Positions 26,501 through 38,496 are shown, counted from the whole stretch's first letter. The stretch: DNA of 63,845 nt, filler included, from Ministeria vibrans ATCC 50519 (GCA_943704425.1; 6 parts of 6 records of this genome joined end to end with filler, not necessarily neighbours in it), one strand, 5' to 3'. Notes: generated from the sequence alone by a model not told the origin. A program made the numbers and translations.

Positions 26501-29345
26501 TTGATGAGCCGCCGCCGCCCAACCCCACCATCTCATATGAGTCCACTGTTTTCCACGACGTCATCATTCCCGCGACCGATCCGTACGAGACCGAGTACCT
26601 CGTGCCTTTCCGCGTTAATGCCATTACACCGTTTGGCGTGCCGGGCGGCACGATGTGCGCCGAGACGGCTCCCGCCGTAATTGGAGAGGACATCTCGAGT
26701 GTGAGCGACCTGCTTATGCGCACCTCCTTCAACGTGGGCTACGGCGTGATTGGCGTCAATGTGACGGTGCGTGCCAACCAGCCGGTGTATGTGTACTTCA
26801 ACGAAGAGTATTTCGACGTGCACACCCACACAGGTGGCGACTGCAGCACCGAGTCATCCTTTGTTATGCCGTTTTGGTTCGCGCCCGACGGTGCCACCCG
26901 CGAAGACGACACCTTCCGTAACACACTGCATCTGCGTGCGCCACGACGACCCGACTTCATCGAGGCACGTGTGTCCGTGCTGAGCTGCTCGGGTCAGCGG
27001 CCTGACTGCCTCAAGCACAAATGCAGGTCGGACGTGTATGAGACACTGTACTCGACGGCCGGTATTGAAGGTACCACCAACACGGGCATCTGTCCGCGCG
27101 GCTGTGTGTGTGGTGCAAAGGAGATGTGCATTGACAACTCATGCGGCAATGGCATTGTGGAGACATTCAATGGTGAGGAGTGTGACGACGGCAACTTTGT
27201 GAATGACGATGCATGCTCCAACACATGCAAGAAGGGCGTCGATCGCAGCTGCCACATTGAGCAGTACAACACGGACGAGTTGCGTAAGGAGATGGGCAAC
27301 TCGTCGCTGACGGCGGAGCAGCGTGCGCGCATTCAATTGATCATTGACAAGGTGGACGCTGGCACTGCAGTGGGCACGGTCGACGGCTTCGACAAGTATG
27401 GACGCTACTGTGCGGGCGCGTGTCTTGACGACCCCACCCAGCCGCCGTGTCTGGCGCTGTGGACCAACGACGACACGGAGCTCAAGGACTGCGGGTGTGT
27501 GCCGTCGGGCTCGTCGGGCGGCGGCACGGGCTGCCGCATCGAAGTGAACCCCTACTTCCAGTACTCGGGCGACGTCGACTCGACCATTTTTGATCGCAAA
27601 GGCCGCTACTGCACCGGCTCGTGTGCGACGGACGCGACCAAGCAGTGCCTGGCCAAGTGGTCCAACGACAACCAAGACATTACCGCGTGCGACTGCCCGC
27701 CGCAACAGACAGGCTGCCGCGTGAACGATAAGCGCAACGGCTGTGAGGGTGCGTGCCCCGCCGACAAGAGTGAGTACAACCTGTCGCTGCTGTATGGTGG
27801 TCAGCAGCTCAAGCAGTGTCTGCCGCGCTTTGTCACGTACGGCATGGTTCGAGTGCTTAGCCGCTGCGACTGCGGCTCGACTGACACGACAACGGGCTGC
27901 CGTGTGATTACGGACAAGCTGACGGGCGCCAAGTCGTGCGGCGGCGCGTGTCCCACCTCGGGAAACAAGTGCCAGAAGAAGGTATTCCGTGGCTCGACTT
28001 ACTGCGACTGTGTGCCCGACTTTACAACGCCCAAGTATGGTTGCCGTGTGACAGCAGCCGACGAGTGTGTGGGAGTGTGCAAGAACACGTTGTTGCCATG
28101 CAAGGAGGTGCGCCAGGGCGGCAAGATGAAGAGCTGCGGCTGCGGCATCATTGACCTAGGCTGTACGGTCAATTTTGACGCACAGACGCGCACGCCACTG
28201 TCCTGCACGGGCACGTTGACGGGCAGTTCCACGTCATGTGCGGCACTGACACAGACGCCGGTGGGCATAGTCGAGTGTCGTGGAGACGATGCGGCAGTCG
28301 ATCCGGCCAAGGGCTGTTACTTCAATCGGGTGCTCGGCGAGTGTTCGGGTCGTTGCTTTGATTCAAACAATGTGGCGCGTGAGTGTCAGGCGGTCACCAA
28401 GGGCGTCTTCACCATTGGCTGTGTGTGCCCCAAGCCCGAATCGACGAGCATGTCGACCGAGCCGTGTCAGATCATTAACGACAAGTGCGTGACCATTCCT
28501 AACTTGGGCTCGTGCACGGGTTTCACGGCTGGCAAGTTCAAGTGCGACGCCGTGTACAACCGTCTTGGACAGCTGACGGCGTGCAACTGCCCGACGCCCG
28601 CCGAGCGCACCTGCTCGACCACGGACCCCACCAGCTTGTGCTTTATTAAGCCGCAGCAGCAGGGCAGCCTTAAAGGCATTGCGTCGTTGAAGCCATCAAC
28701 GTCTCGTCTGCTGAGCAAGCTCGAGAGTGCTGGCAAGGCTGTCGACAAGGTTGTGAATGTGACCTTCTCACTGGACGTGCCTGTTGATGTGCCCCAGGAC
28801 GTCTCATTTGTGGTGCAGCAGGATGTGTTGCCGTCGTGCGCGACGCTCGCCGATGACACCACCACCGAGTGCACCAACAGCCACTCAGAGGACATTGCAG
28901 ACCCGACTGAGGCGCGCGCTTTTGATCCGCTCACGCTTGCCTTTACGATCACGGCCGTCAACGACTCCGACTCGTCATTCCAGCGCGGCATCTTATTCAC
29001 CTCGCCCTTGGTGGTCTCGGCGTCGGTACCGGCGGCCGAGTGCGACGCTGAGACGCTCTCGTCGGTGCGCCTGTACTACTTCGACGTGGACTGCTTTGGG
29101 GACACTGGGGTTGCAGCCGACTGCTGGAAGGACGCGGGTGCGACGTGTCCGGCGGATCAGGCGATGCATGACGTTACGGGCTGTACGCTCACGGTGCACG
29201 TGTGTCATCTGACGGCCTTTTCGCTGGGGGTGGGCAGCACGACGCTGTCAACGGGCGCGAGCATTGCTATTGTGGCGGGTGCAGCTGCCGCGGCGATTGT
29301 TGTGCTTTTGCTCGTGCTGCTGTTTGTCGTACGTCGTCGTCGATC

Positions 29346-29376
<31 letters not shown>

Positions 29377-30000
29377 GGAGTCAAGGAAGGCCGCGGGAGT
29401 GGTGGGGGGTTGGCTTACTCGCAGGCACACTTGGTGACGCGAGGTGCGCAGGAGTCGAATGACGAGCAGGTGGCGATGCAGGGCAGCAAGTCGATGACGC
29501 AGGTTGAGCTGACGCGGGCGATTGGCGCCGAAATGGGCAGCCAGCCGCCACCCATGCTGCTTGTGGACGACCCCGAGTCGCGTCGTCAGTTTACCAATGA
29601 TGTGGATGATTTCCACTCGTTTGCTGACGACTCACAGTCGTTCAATGATGACTCGCGCTCATTTGCCGACAGCGACATTGGTGTGAGCGAGCAAGAGCGT
29701 GAGCGTCGTCGGAAGGCGCGCATGCAACGCAAGCAGAGCCGTCTGGAGAACATTGACATGCCCAGCTGGTTGTCGGACCAGCTGAGTGCGCGCGAGGTGC
29801 GGCATTCGAAGCGCGGCACCCAACCCGGCGAGGTGGTGTACGACAGAGACGGCAATGCCGTGGAGACATCGGCTCACGGGTCGCACCAGCTGGACGTCGA
29901 GCCAACCGCCGGTGAGCGATTGGGGATGGAGCAGTCCCCTGTGAGTGCGCCAGATGGGAGCAGCGTGAGTGATGGAGTGTTGCCCAAGGGTGCTCTCTGA
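9242..30000 (+). CDS. Giant (~6,200 aa) single-pass membrane protein: signal peptide, LLTP/vitellogenin-N, astacin, LysM, Ig-like, LLTP beta-sheet, cadherin-like repeats, TSP3, Cys-rich repeats, GPS, TM, cytoplasmic tail
   Basis: Exons 9242-9336, 9443-9503, 9697-9789, 10336-12684, 12789-13113, 13342-13519, 13607-13718, 13786-13911, 13963-14329, 14433-14633, 14730-16139, 16280-17409 and 17585-30000 (98-N gap at 23534-23631) all join in phase. Signal peptide [43 protein letters not shown] followed by RRRR. Confidence 0.85.
9305..12360 (+). other. Domain: large lipid transfer protein N-terminal module (beta-barrel, alpha-helical domain, first beta-sheet)
   Basis: [13 protein letters not shown]...TGLKLAC start; [14 protein letters not shown]; [10 protein letters not shown]; LLALGNM; HALGNAG; [11 protein letters not shown]; [22 protein letters not shown]. 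These follow the order of conserved vitellogenin/apoB/MTP motifs. Confidence 0.8.
12789..13672 (+). other. Domain: astacin-family (M12A) zinc metalloprotease, three exons
   Basis: RWENGIVYY; NTCIRF; zinc motif [19 protein letters not shown] (HExxHxxGxxHExxRxDR) across an intron; YDYISNMHY Met-turn. Confidence 0.92.
13704..13995 (+). other. Domain: LysM-like
   Basis: Spliced sequence [57 protein letters not shown] fits the LysM pattern Y.V..GDTL..I...G.....I...N......G..L. Confidence 0.7.
16684..16795 (+). other. Domain: thrombospondin type-3 calcium-binding repeats
   Basis: [35 protein letters not shown]. Confidence 0.88.
21372..23532 (+). repeat. Intragenic tandem duplication, period 1104 bp (368 aa); 21372-22428 matches 22476-23532
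   Basis: Repeated DNA, and ORFs on both strands recur with identical translations offset by exactly 1104. Confidence 0.93.
27142..27230 (+). other. Domain: Myxococcus-type cysteine-rich repeat (DUF4215-like)
   Basis: [29 protein letters not shown]. Confidence 0.85.
29060..29335 (+). other. Domain: GPS-like autoproteolysis motif plus single transmembrane helix
   Basis: LYYFD...CW...C...[15 protein letters not shown] (HL/T at 29206-29214), about 15 aa before the hydrophobic helix. Confidence 0.7.
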
Positions 30001-30433
30001 AGAGCGAGAGAGAGAGAGAGAGATTGAGATAAGCATTTGATTAAACAGAGCGAGAGAGAGAGAGACAGAATTGAGTATTGAGCATTTTTTTTTTACAAAA
30101 ATAAACTATACTAATTATTATTATTATTATTATTATTAATTTTATTAATTTTTGATTGAGTACAGCTCATTAATTATTTTTTCTTAATAATAATACTCAT
30201 ATTATTATTAACTACTCGTCTTGAAGTCTGCGGCGGAATTATTGTGCTGCTCTTCGTTCTGTATATTGTTTTGTTTTGACTTTTGAATTGAGTACTCGAT
30301 TCTCTATAATATTATTGTTTTAATTTTTCTTATTAATTTTTATTCTTGTACTTTTACAGCTCTCGATTATCTATTTGTTTTCCTATTATTATTATTTTAT
30401 TCACATTAATTACTTCGCAACTTGAAAGATACG

Positions 30434-30808
30434 ATGCGGTCGGTCAACCGATTGCGGGACTTTGATGCGGTTCTCGGGGGCGGGAGTGGGGGCGAAGAGG
30501 GCGTGTCGCTGCCGCAGCTGCGTGCGCTTGCGTTTGGCGGGATTCCGGACGAGCGGCTGAGCCTGCGCGCACTGGTGTGGAAGCTCATGCTGGGCTACCT
30601 GCCGGTGCACGTGGGTCTGTGGGAGACGGTGCGCGAGCAGCGACGCGGCGTGTACAAGGAGCTGCTGAAGGAGTTCATCGTCAGCCCGTACGAGGCGGCG
30701 CAGCGGGAGCGCACGGCCAGCAGCGCAGCCGAGGACCATCCGCTGTCGCTCGACGCCTCGTCCACCTGGCGCGCCATCTTCCAGGACAACGAGGCCTTCC
30801 TCGAGCAG
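30434..30808 (+). CDS. Rab-GAP TBC domain protein, TBC1D13-like, first exon only (contig ends)
   Basis: LRALAFGGIPD...LRALVWKLMLGYLP...Y..LLKEFIV...DHPLS.....W...FQDNE; GT donor at 30809. Confidence 0.82.
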
Positions 30809-30846
30809 GTACCGTCTTCTCTTTCACTCTCTCCTCCTTTTTTTTT

Positions 30847-30946
30847 NNNNNNNNNNNNNNNNNNNNNNNNNNNNNNNNNNNNNNNNNNNNTTAATTAATT
30901 AANNNNNNNNNNNNNNNNNNNNNNNNNNNNNNNNNNNNNNNNNNNN
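30847..30946. other. Artificial contig-joining spacer (N44-TTAATTAATTAA-N44); also at 51499-51598, 54496-54595, 56886-56985, 62669-62768
   Basis: The same 100-bp construct with stop codons in all six frames occurs five times. Confidence 0.97.
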
Positions 30947-31043
<97 letters not shown>

Positions 31044-31101
31044 TCACTTTGTTTCTTTCTCCTCTCTCCCTTTCTCTTTAACTTTGTTTCTTTCTCTGTA
31101 G

Positions 31102-33461
31102 GATGAGACTGAGAAGGGTGCACTTGCCATTGCCTACGACGGCGTTCTCTACGGCGTCTCCCAGCGTGGTCTCGCCGCCGCCGCCAACCCTTTGTCGTCC
31201 GCCGCGCCGTCCGCTGGCTCCTCAGCCCCTCTCCCTAACGAGGCAGAGTGGACTTTTATGCCCTGGTCCAACGTGGTCGCCTTCACTGCCGTCCCTTCCT
31301 CCTCCTCCTCCGTCATGTCCATTGTTGTTGATCTCAAATCCGAAAACGTACGCTAGTTTTTGCGTGTCCTAAACGCAACTCTTACTCTTCTCTGAAATGT
31401 AACTCTTCTGTCCTCTATAGCACGTGACATTTCTGTGCAGCCGTCACATGAGCGACGCAATCCTTAAACTCGCCCGTGAATATCGCGTATGCCTCCCACT
31501 TTGACTTCCTCGCGCACTTGAGAGATCTCACTTTTATCTGTTCTTGTCCATGTGCGTCTCTCTATCCTTTTTTTCTCTCTCTTTATCACTCTGTTTGTAT
31601 CTTTTTCGATTATCTCTCTCTCCTTTGTTTCCTCCTTTCTCTCTCTCTCTCTATCACTTTGTCTTCTCTGTATGTGTGTTAGGCTGTGCTGCGTGACAGT
31701 CTTCAACCCCCACCTCCTCGTCCAATGCATCACCACCGATTCAGTGCTCTCGAACTCTTCAAACTCAACTATTGGAACAGGTACGAGCAGTAACATCTCT
31801 CACTTTGCTGATGTCTTCTTTTATGTCTACTGTGTTCTGTGCCAGGTTGCGAAAACAGCGCCAAGACCCAATTGATGCAGTGGTCTCGCAAGTGGATCGT
31901 GCCATTGACAACGCACAGGTGCTCGAAACACTCGATCTCACCAAAGCGAGTTTCTCCTCGAGCCAACTCAGGACCCTCTGCGAGTCACTGCTTTCCCAAG
32001 TCAAACTCAGGCACGTCTTTACCTCTCATTCAAAAAAATTGTTTCTCTCTTTCTATCACTTTGTTTCTTTCTTCCTTGTCTATTATCACTTTGTTTCTTC
32101 CTCTCCTCTCTCTTTCTATCACTTTGTTTCTTTTCCCCTCCTTTCTCTCTCTCTCTCTTTCTTTGTTCTAATTGGACCCTTGCGTAGAATGGATGGATCG
32201 CGTTTGTTCACGGTCAACTTTCGATTGAAGAAACTTGTACTGAGCCAAAACTCGCTCGATGTCACTTCACTCGGATGTCTGTACGAATGCTTCCTTTTGC
32301 CTCACAACCACCTATTCATTCTATTGTTTTCTCTCGATCTATGTGTGTGTCCTGCCTGTGTAGGGGTGAATTGCTTGAGCAGAGAGGCACAGTCTCCTCA
32401 CTGGACCTGTCTAACTGCAAAATTCAACATCCAGACTCAATGGTACCGAACTCTTTCCGTGAATGCATCAAAGTATATGTGTGACTGACTGGACATAATG
32501 AATGGGCCATAGGCGCTCGCAGGGATTCTGAACCGCGCAACAGATTTGCACGAAATAGTGCTGCGGTCGAACCCGCTCGGGCCCATGTCATGTGAGCAGC
32601 TGGTGCGCAGCAGCTGTGTGCGTGCACGCCTGACTCATCTGGACATGCGCGAGTGCGGCCTCAAGGACGATCATGTGGTGCTCTTGGCAAACTCCCTTGC
32701 TGAGGTATGAATGTTTGTCTTATTTTGATTTTTGGAGAGGAGAGTAGGATTTTGAACCTGTTTTTCGTTTTGCGCAGGGTTCGTGTTCGCTGCGTTACCT
32801 CAACCTGAGTCACAATCCTATCAAGGATGATGGGCTCAAGCTGCTCTCGTCGACACTCCACCGTCGCTTTGGTGCCGCCTGTCCGCTGCTTGAACTCGTC
32901 CTCAACCGTACCCGCGTCACCTTCACGGGTGTCAAGGCACTCTTTGAGCTCGTTGCCGCCCACGGCAAACCCACTTCCATCAGTCTGCGGCACTGCAAAC
33001 TCGGTTCGAAGGTGGGCGAGCGACTCGCCGCACTCCTCATTCCCCACCCATCGGTAAGCAATTGGAGAGCAAAAGGCAGGCAAGAACTAACATGCACATT
33101 TACACGACAGGGAGTCAATGCGCCAACACTCGAGTCGATTGACTTGGGCCACACGGGACTGGACAAGAAGGGATGTGCCGCCATCTTCACAGCTTTACGC
33201 TTCAACCAGAGCCTCCAGTCGCTGCACGTCGGAGGCAACACAGGCGACCGCAAAACAACCGAGCTGCTGTGCGAAGCCCTACGGCTCAACCGGTCGCTCG
33301 TGACGCTCTCCATCAACGGCATGATGTTGGGCTCCGACTGCATGCGTCTCATTGCAAATGTTCTGCGCGACAACATACAGCTCAAGTCCCTTCACATTGG
33401 CGGAAATTCCATTTCGGTACCCACACACACACATACTTAAATGCATACACGCACACCTACA

Positions 33462-33557
<96 letters not shown>

Positions 33558-34318
33558 TACATACATACGTACATACATACATACATACACACATACATAC
33601 ATACATACATACACGTTTTTTTTTGTTGTTGTCTCACTGTCTTCGTATCACTGTGTGTAGCACATTGAGATGAAACTCCTCTGCAATGCGCTCGCACACA
33701 ATTTCAACTTGGAGACGCTCAACTTGTCCGGGTCTCATTCGCTGGCCATGGACGGATTTCGCGAGCTGTTCCTCGCCATCCAGTGCAAGACCATCCGCTC
33801 TATCACGTCGTACGTATCATCTCACAGACCCAACGAATCATTAAGCATGATGTTCCTCGCAGACTGATCCTCAACGACTGTGACTTTGGCGACGCCGAAG
33901 CTATCATGGTATCCCCCTTTCTTCCCGTTGTTGTGTGTGCCTTATTCTCTTTCTCACCATTGTGTTGTGCTGTAGTGCGCCGAAGTGCTCAATGAGACTG
34001 AAGTCATTGAGAGTTTGTCGCTTGAGAAGAACCACATTTCCAACACGGGCGCAATGGCTTTGTTGCGTGTGCGAAACACAAACCGCACTCTTAAAGTACC
34101 TACCCCTCTTTTTTCTGTTTCACGCATACCTGATATAAATATAAATAATAAATTACAATTCATTTTGTGTTGTCGTGTAGGATCTTAATCTGCTGCAAAA
34201 CTCTCTCTATGCGGATCCACGACTGCGCTCGCTCGTGGCAACGCAGCGCATTTTGCTTCCGGGCAAACTCCAGGTGTCCTTCTGGCTTGGCTCCGACAAA
34301 ATTGCAAGCGGCCAGTAG
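31102..34318 (+). CDS. RNI-like leucine-rich repeat protein with an upstream FERM-C/PH-like segment, 5' partial, many exons
   Basis: LRRs: LKKLVLSQNSL, LDLSNCKI, LTHLDMRECGL, LRYLNLSHNPIKDDG, LQSLHVGGN, LSLEKNHISNTGA. The upstream exon GALAIAYDGV...FMPWSNV resembles a FERM C-lobe (weak). Confidence 0.75.
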
Positions 34319-34455
34319 ACCCAAATCAAATGCAACCAACTTGAAAGCCTTCCCTTTGTTTATTTATGCACATTTCATGATCGTGATTGAGGAATCGAAA
34401 TTGAATACAATGCAAAATAATGATCACTATTTCACATCTTCCTGATCCTTTTTTT

Positions 34456-36337
34456 ATGTCGCGCAAAGGGAACATGGGAACGGGCAAGCTGCGCCAGGCG
34501 GTTGCATCGGGCGACAAGGACGCGCTGGTGCGGCAGCTGAGCAAGAAGGGCGCCGACGCCAAAGCCCTCATCGAAGGCGTCGACGAGGTCGGCCAGACCG
34601 CCATCCACGAGGCAGCTGCCAGCGACCAGGGCGACATCATCGAAGTTCTCGCCGAGAACGGCGGCGAGATAAACAGAACCGATAGGTAAAAAGAAAAAAG
34701 AAGAAGAAAAAAAAAAAAAAAGAAAAAATCTGTTACGTCACCAGGATTGTCCGAACGTCTTTTTTGCCCGATTTACACTGCCGCTGGGCTGTATGCCGCC
34801 CCATTTGCCGCTCCTTGCCCTGTATGTGTCTGTGCGTATGCGCTGCACGGAGCACTGCTGCATACGATGCGCTGTTGACGATGTGGTCGTTGGTTTTTCT
34901 TTTTTCGTTTTTTTTTTTCTCTCGGTCTTCGTTCGATTCGCATTTTTTGGTTTGACAGTGACGCGTTTGCCGCAATCCCAACCGTCTTCGGTGCACTCCC
35001 CCACCCCCCGGCTGAGTTTTGTGAGTGGTGTGGTGTGGGATGCGCTGCGACGGCTCGTCTGGTTGCGCCCGACAACCGCAAATGGAGGATTGTCGATTGT
35101 ACCACTCATAAGAATGCGCATGACGATTTTTCGATTGCAAGCGCAAACACAGTGGGGGGTTTTTTTTGCAACTCTGGTTTTGCTGTAGTTATCCTGGAGA
35201 GAAGGATTCGTCTTTTGTGAAACCCACTTACGCATATGGTTTTGTTTGCAGTGGCGGCGAGACTCCGCTTCACACGGCAGCGCAGGCGGGACATGTTCTT
35301 GCGACGCGAGCTCTGCTTCATTGTGGTGCAGATGTGAACAAGGCAGACAGTGGTGGCTTTACGGCGCTGCACGAGGCGGCACGCAACGGGCACTCGGCCG
35401 TTGTGCAACTGCTCATGTCGTTTGGCGCGGACTGGAGGAAACAGGATGGCACAGGGAAGACGCCACTTCAACGCGCACGATCTGCAGGACACGCGCCATG
35501 CGAACGCGTGCTGCGTGAGGGTCGCGTTGCCGTGGACCCATCGGACTTGCGCGAGGCGGCACGCAAAGGTGATGCGACAGCACTGGAGGGACTCATTCGA
35601 GCAGGTGGCAAGCGCATTGTCAACGCCAACGACTCGCTGGGTCAGACAGCGCTGTATGCCGCTGCATCCAACGGTCATGTGGCACTCATCAAGATCCTCT
35701 TCGAGGCCGGTGCGGATCCCAACCAAGCGACCATCAACGGAGAAGTGGCTCTACACGGTGCAGCAGGTAAGCAAGAAGAAAGGACAGAGAGAGAGAGAGA
35801 GAGGGAACGTAAGCGCGACTGAACGATTTGCTGTTTGTGTGCGTGCAGCCCATGGGCATGTGGAGGCATGCGAGGCACTCATTGCAGGTGGAGCGGTGAT
35901 CAACAAGCGCCGGTCCGACAGCATGGCTCCCCTGCATGTCGCATGCTCGTTTGGCCATGCCGATGTCGCACTGGCTCTCGCAAAGGTACTTTAGCTTTTG
36001 CTTTTTTTTTATAAAAAAAACGTCATGTTAAAATTTTTGTTGTTTTGTGTAGGCTGGGGCGGATATTAATTTGCAAGAAAAGTACGGACGAACACCAATG
36101 CACTGTGCGGTGTACTGGCGACACTCTAAGATTATCCCAGTGCTGCTGCAGTACAGCGCAGATCCCAAAATGCAGGACCACAAGTACGGCACAAAATAAG
36201 AGAGTCCTTTTCTCTGTTTACGTGTGGATCTTATTGAGTTTTTGTTTTATAGGGGTGCCACTGCATTGCAGTATGCCTATGACCGAGGGGTTGATGAAGT
36301 GTGTGTTCGACTGCTGGAGCAAGTGAGCAAGTCGTGA
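34456..36337 (+). CDS. Ankyrin repeat protein, multi-exon
   Basis: [70 protein letters not shown]. Confidence 0.88.
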
Positions 36338-36390
36338 AAAAAGTGCGGAGATTTGATCGAGCAAATGGTGTGAGGTTGAGTGGGTGAGAG

Positions 36391-36499
<109 letters not shown>

Positions 36500-36949
36500 C
36501 GGAATGAGCGGGGCATGTCAACTACAAGTAAAGAAAATAGCCTATTTGTAATCTACAACAACAACAACAAAACAACAACGACAATAACAATACTAATGCT
36601 TGGGGGGTCGCTGCAGTTTTAGTTTCGTGCCTACCTCGCACTCCACCACACCACTGCGACTGCGGCACAGGTGCATGTGTTCGTGTCTGTCTCTGATGAG
36701 TCCAGTTTGAGGTTTCTCATGCAAAATGGAATAACCCAAACGCCATACTTTTGATCGATTGTAAGCGGAGCTAACAAAAACCAACGCAAATTGGTAAAGA
36801 AGGTCGGTTGAAACTCATTGACATCAATCGTCAATCGTCAATCAGCGCCACTACCGTCAAAGTGAGTGACTTACTGACGTCCTGTTTCATAGTTGTTGTG
36901 ATTGAGGATAAAGACGTACTAATTTATTATAATTATTCCACGTTTTGAT

Positions 36950-38496
36950 ATGAGAATACTCATCGCCCCCATCGTCTTGGGTCTCATCATAGGCGCCTTT
37001 GTGTCGTCTGTGTCACAATTGGCCGGGGAGACGGAGCGGGTGTCGCGTGATCGTGCTGGAGCGCAACAAGCGGCAGTGACGCTCGACGTGAGATTAGTGG
37101 CGCCCACTCGAGTTCGCCAAGCTGCTACGAGTCGCACCTTCCCAGCAACGCAGTGGCAGTCGTGTGTTGATACGTCGTCGTGTCTTGTCAAGGTAGGAGC
37201 GACGAAGCAAGACGGCGGGAGAGCTCACAGAGAGTCGTCTCTTTTGGGTTTAGACCAAAATGTTCGTTCTCGTGTTGACCTCTCCTGCGAATCGAGCGCG
37301 ACGGATGGCGATGCGCGAGACCTGGCTTGCGTCGCGCTCAAAGGACGACCTCGCAGCGCGATTCTTTGTGAGTCGCCACTTTGCAGTGGCGCGAGGACCC
37401 AACGCAAAGCCGGTGAGCGACTCGTTGGCCGACATTGACGAAGAGAGTGCCCTCTACCGCGACATGGTCGTTCTCGACGGCTTTGTCGATCACTACAAGA
37501 ATCTTACGGAGAAGTTGACGCTCGGCCTCCAGTGGGCGGCGGACCATGTTGACGCAGACATTGTCTTTAAGGTTTGCATGCTGTTGAAAGACGCATCTTC
37601 TTGTGGCCTTGTCTTCATCGTGTATTAGGCCATTGTGACCTTGTCTTTATTGTGTATTGTGCCATTGTGACCTTGTCTTTATTGTGTATTGTGCCATTGT
37701 GACCTTGTCTTTATTGTGTATTGTGCCATTGTGACCTTGTCTTTATTGTGTATTTTGCCATTATGACCTTGTCTTTATTGTGTCTTTGTGTCCTTGTCTT
37801 CATTGTGACCTTGCCTTCTAACGTCGCCCTTAGGTCGACGACGATACCTACGTAGACATGAACCGCTTTTGGGGGGAATATGATAAACAGTTGGAACGCG
37901 CTGGGGGTGCCCCGCTATACTGGGGCTACTACCGAAACAACAATGTGATGCGGAGCGCCTCGTCGTATTGGCACGAGACGCACTACCCCGTGTGCGACGA
38001 GCTGTATGTCGCATATGCCCTTGGTGGCGGCTATCTCATCGACATGCGGGCAGTGCGTGAGTACCTGGGCCCTCTGTTGCGGCACGAGTGGCTGACGCTG
38101 ATCAAGGCAGAGGATGCGTGGACGTCGACGGCCCTGTCGCCCCTCAACATGCGACGGGTGCACGACGTGCGCTTTGACACGAGCCACGGCAAACGCGATT
38201 GCGCTCCCTTTTACCTTGTTCTCCACAAAAACGACGCAGCGGAGCAACGTGCGCTGCACACACACCTACAACTATCGCCCAACAACAGCTGTGCGCCCGA
38301 CACGCACCACGACCCCAACGGAATCAACATGTATGCGTACGACCCGCGCGTGCCACCCTTTGCCGCGGGTCATCAGGTGCGCGTGCACCCCGATCAGCCA
38401 GACCACCCCAAGCTCACCGATTGGTCTCTCTGGGACGACTACTCTCGCTCCCGATTGCAAAAGTACCTCGTAGAGCACAATGTCAGTGTAGAGTAA
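36950..38496 (+). CDS. GT31 beta-1,3-galactosyltransferase, B3GALT6-like, type II membrane anchor, 3 exons
   Basis: RRMAMRETW, DHYKNLTEKL, FKVDDDTYV (DxD), LYWGYY, CDELYVAYALGGGY, EDAW, VHDVRFDT, C...YLVLHK. Confidence 0.85.
37605..37815 (+). repeat. Intronic 32-bp minisatellite (GCCATTGTGACCTTGTCTTTATTGTGTATTGT) x ~5-6
   Basis: Read directly from the sequence. Confidence 0.88.

Noticed and set aside
30847-30946. Palindromic TTAATTAATTAA flanked by Ns, five times
   Set aside because: Artificial six-frame-stop contig linker, not a biological site or transposon target.
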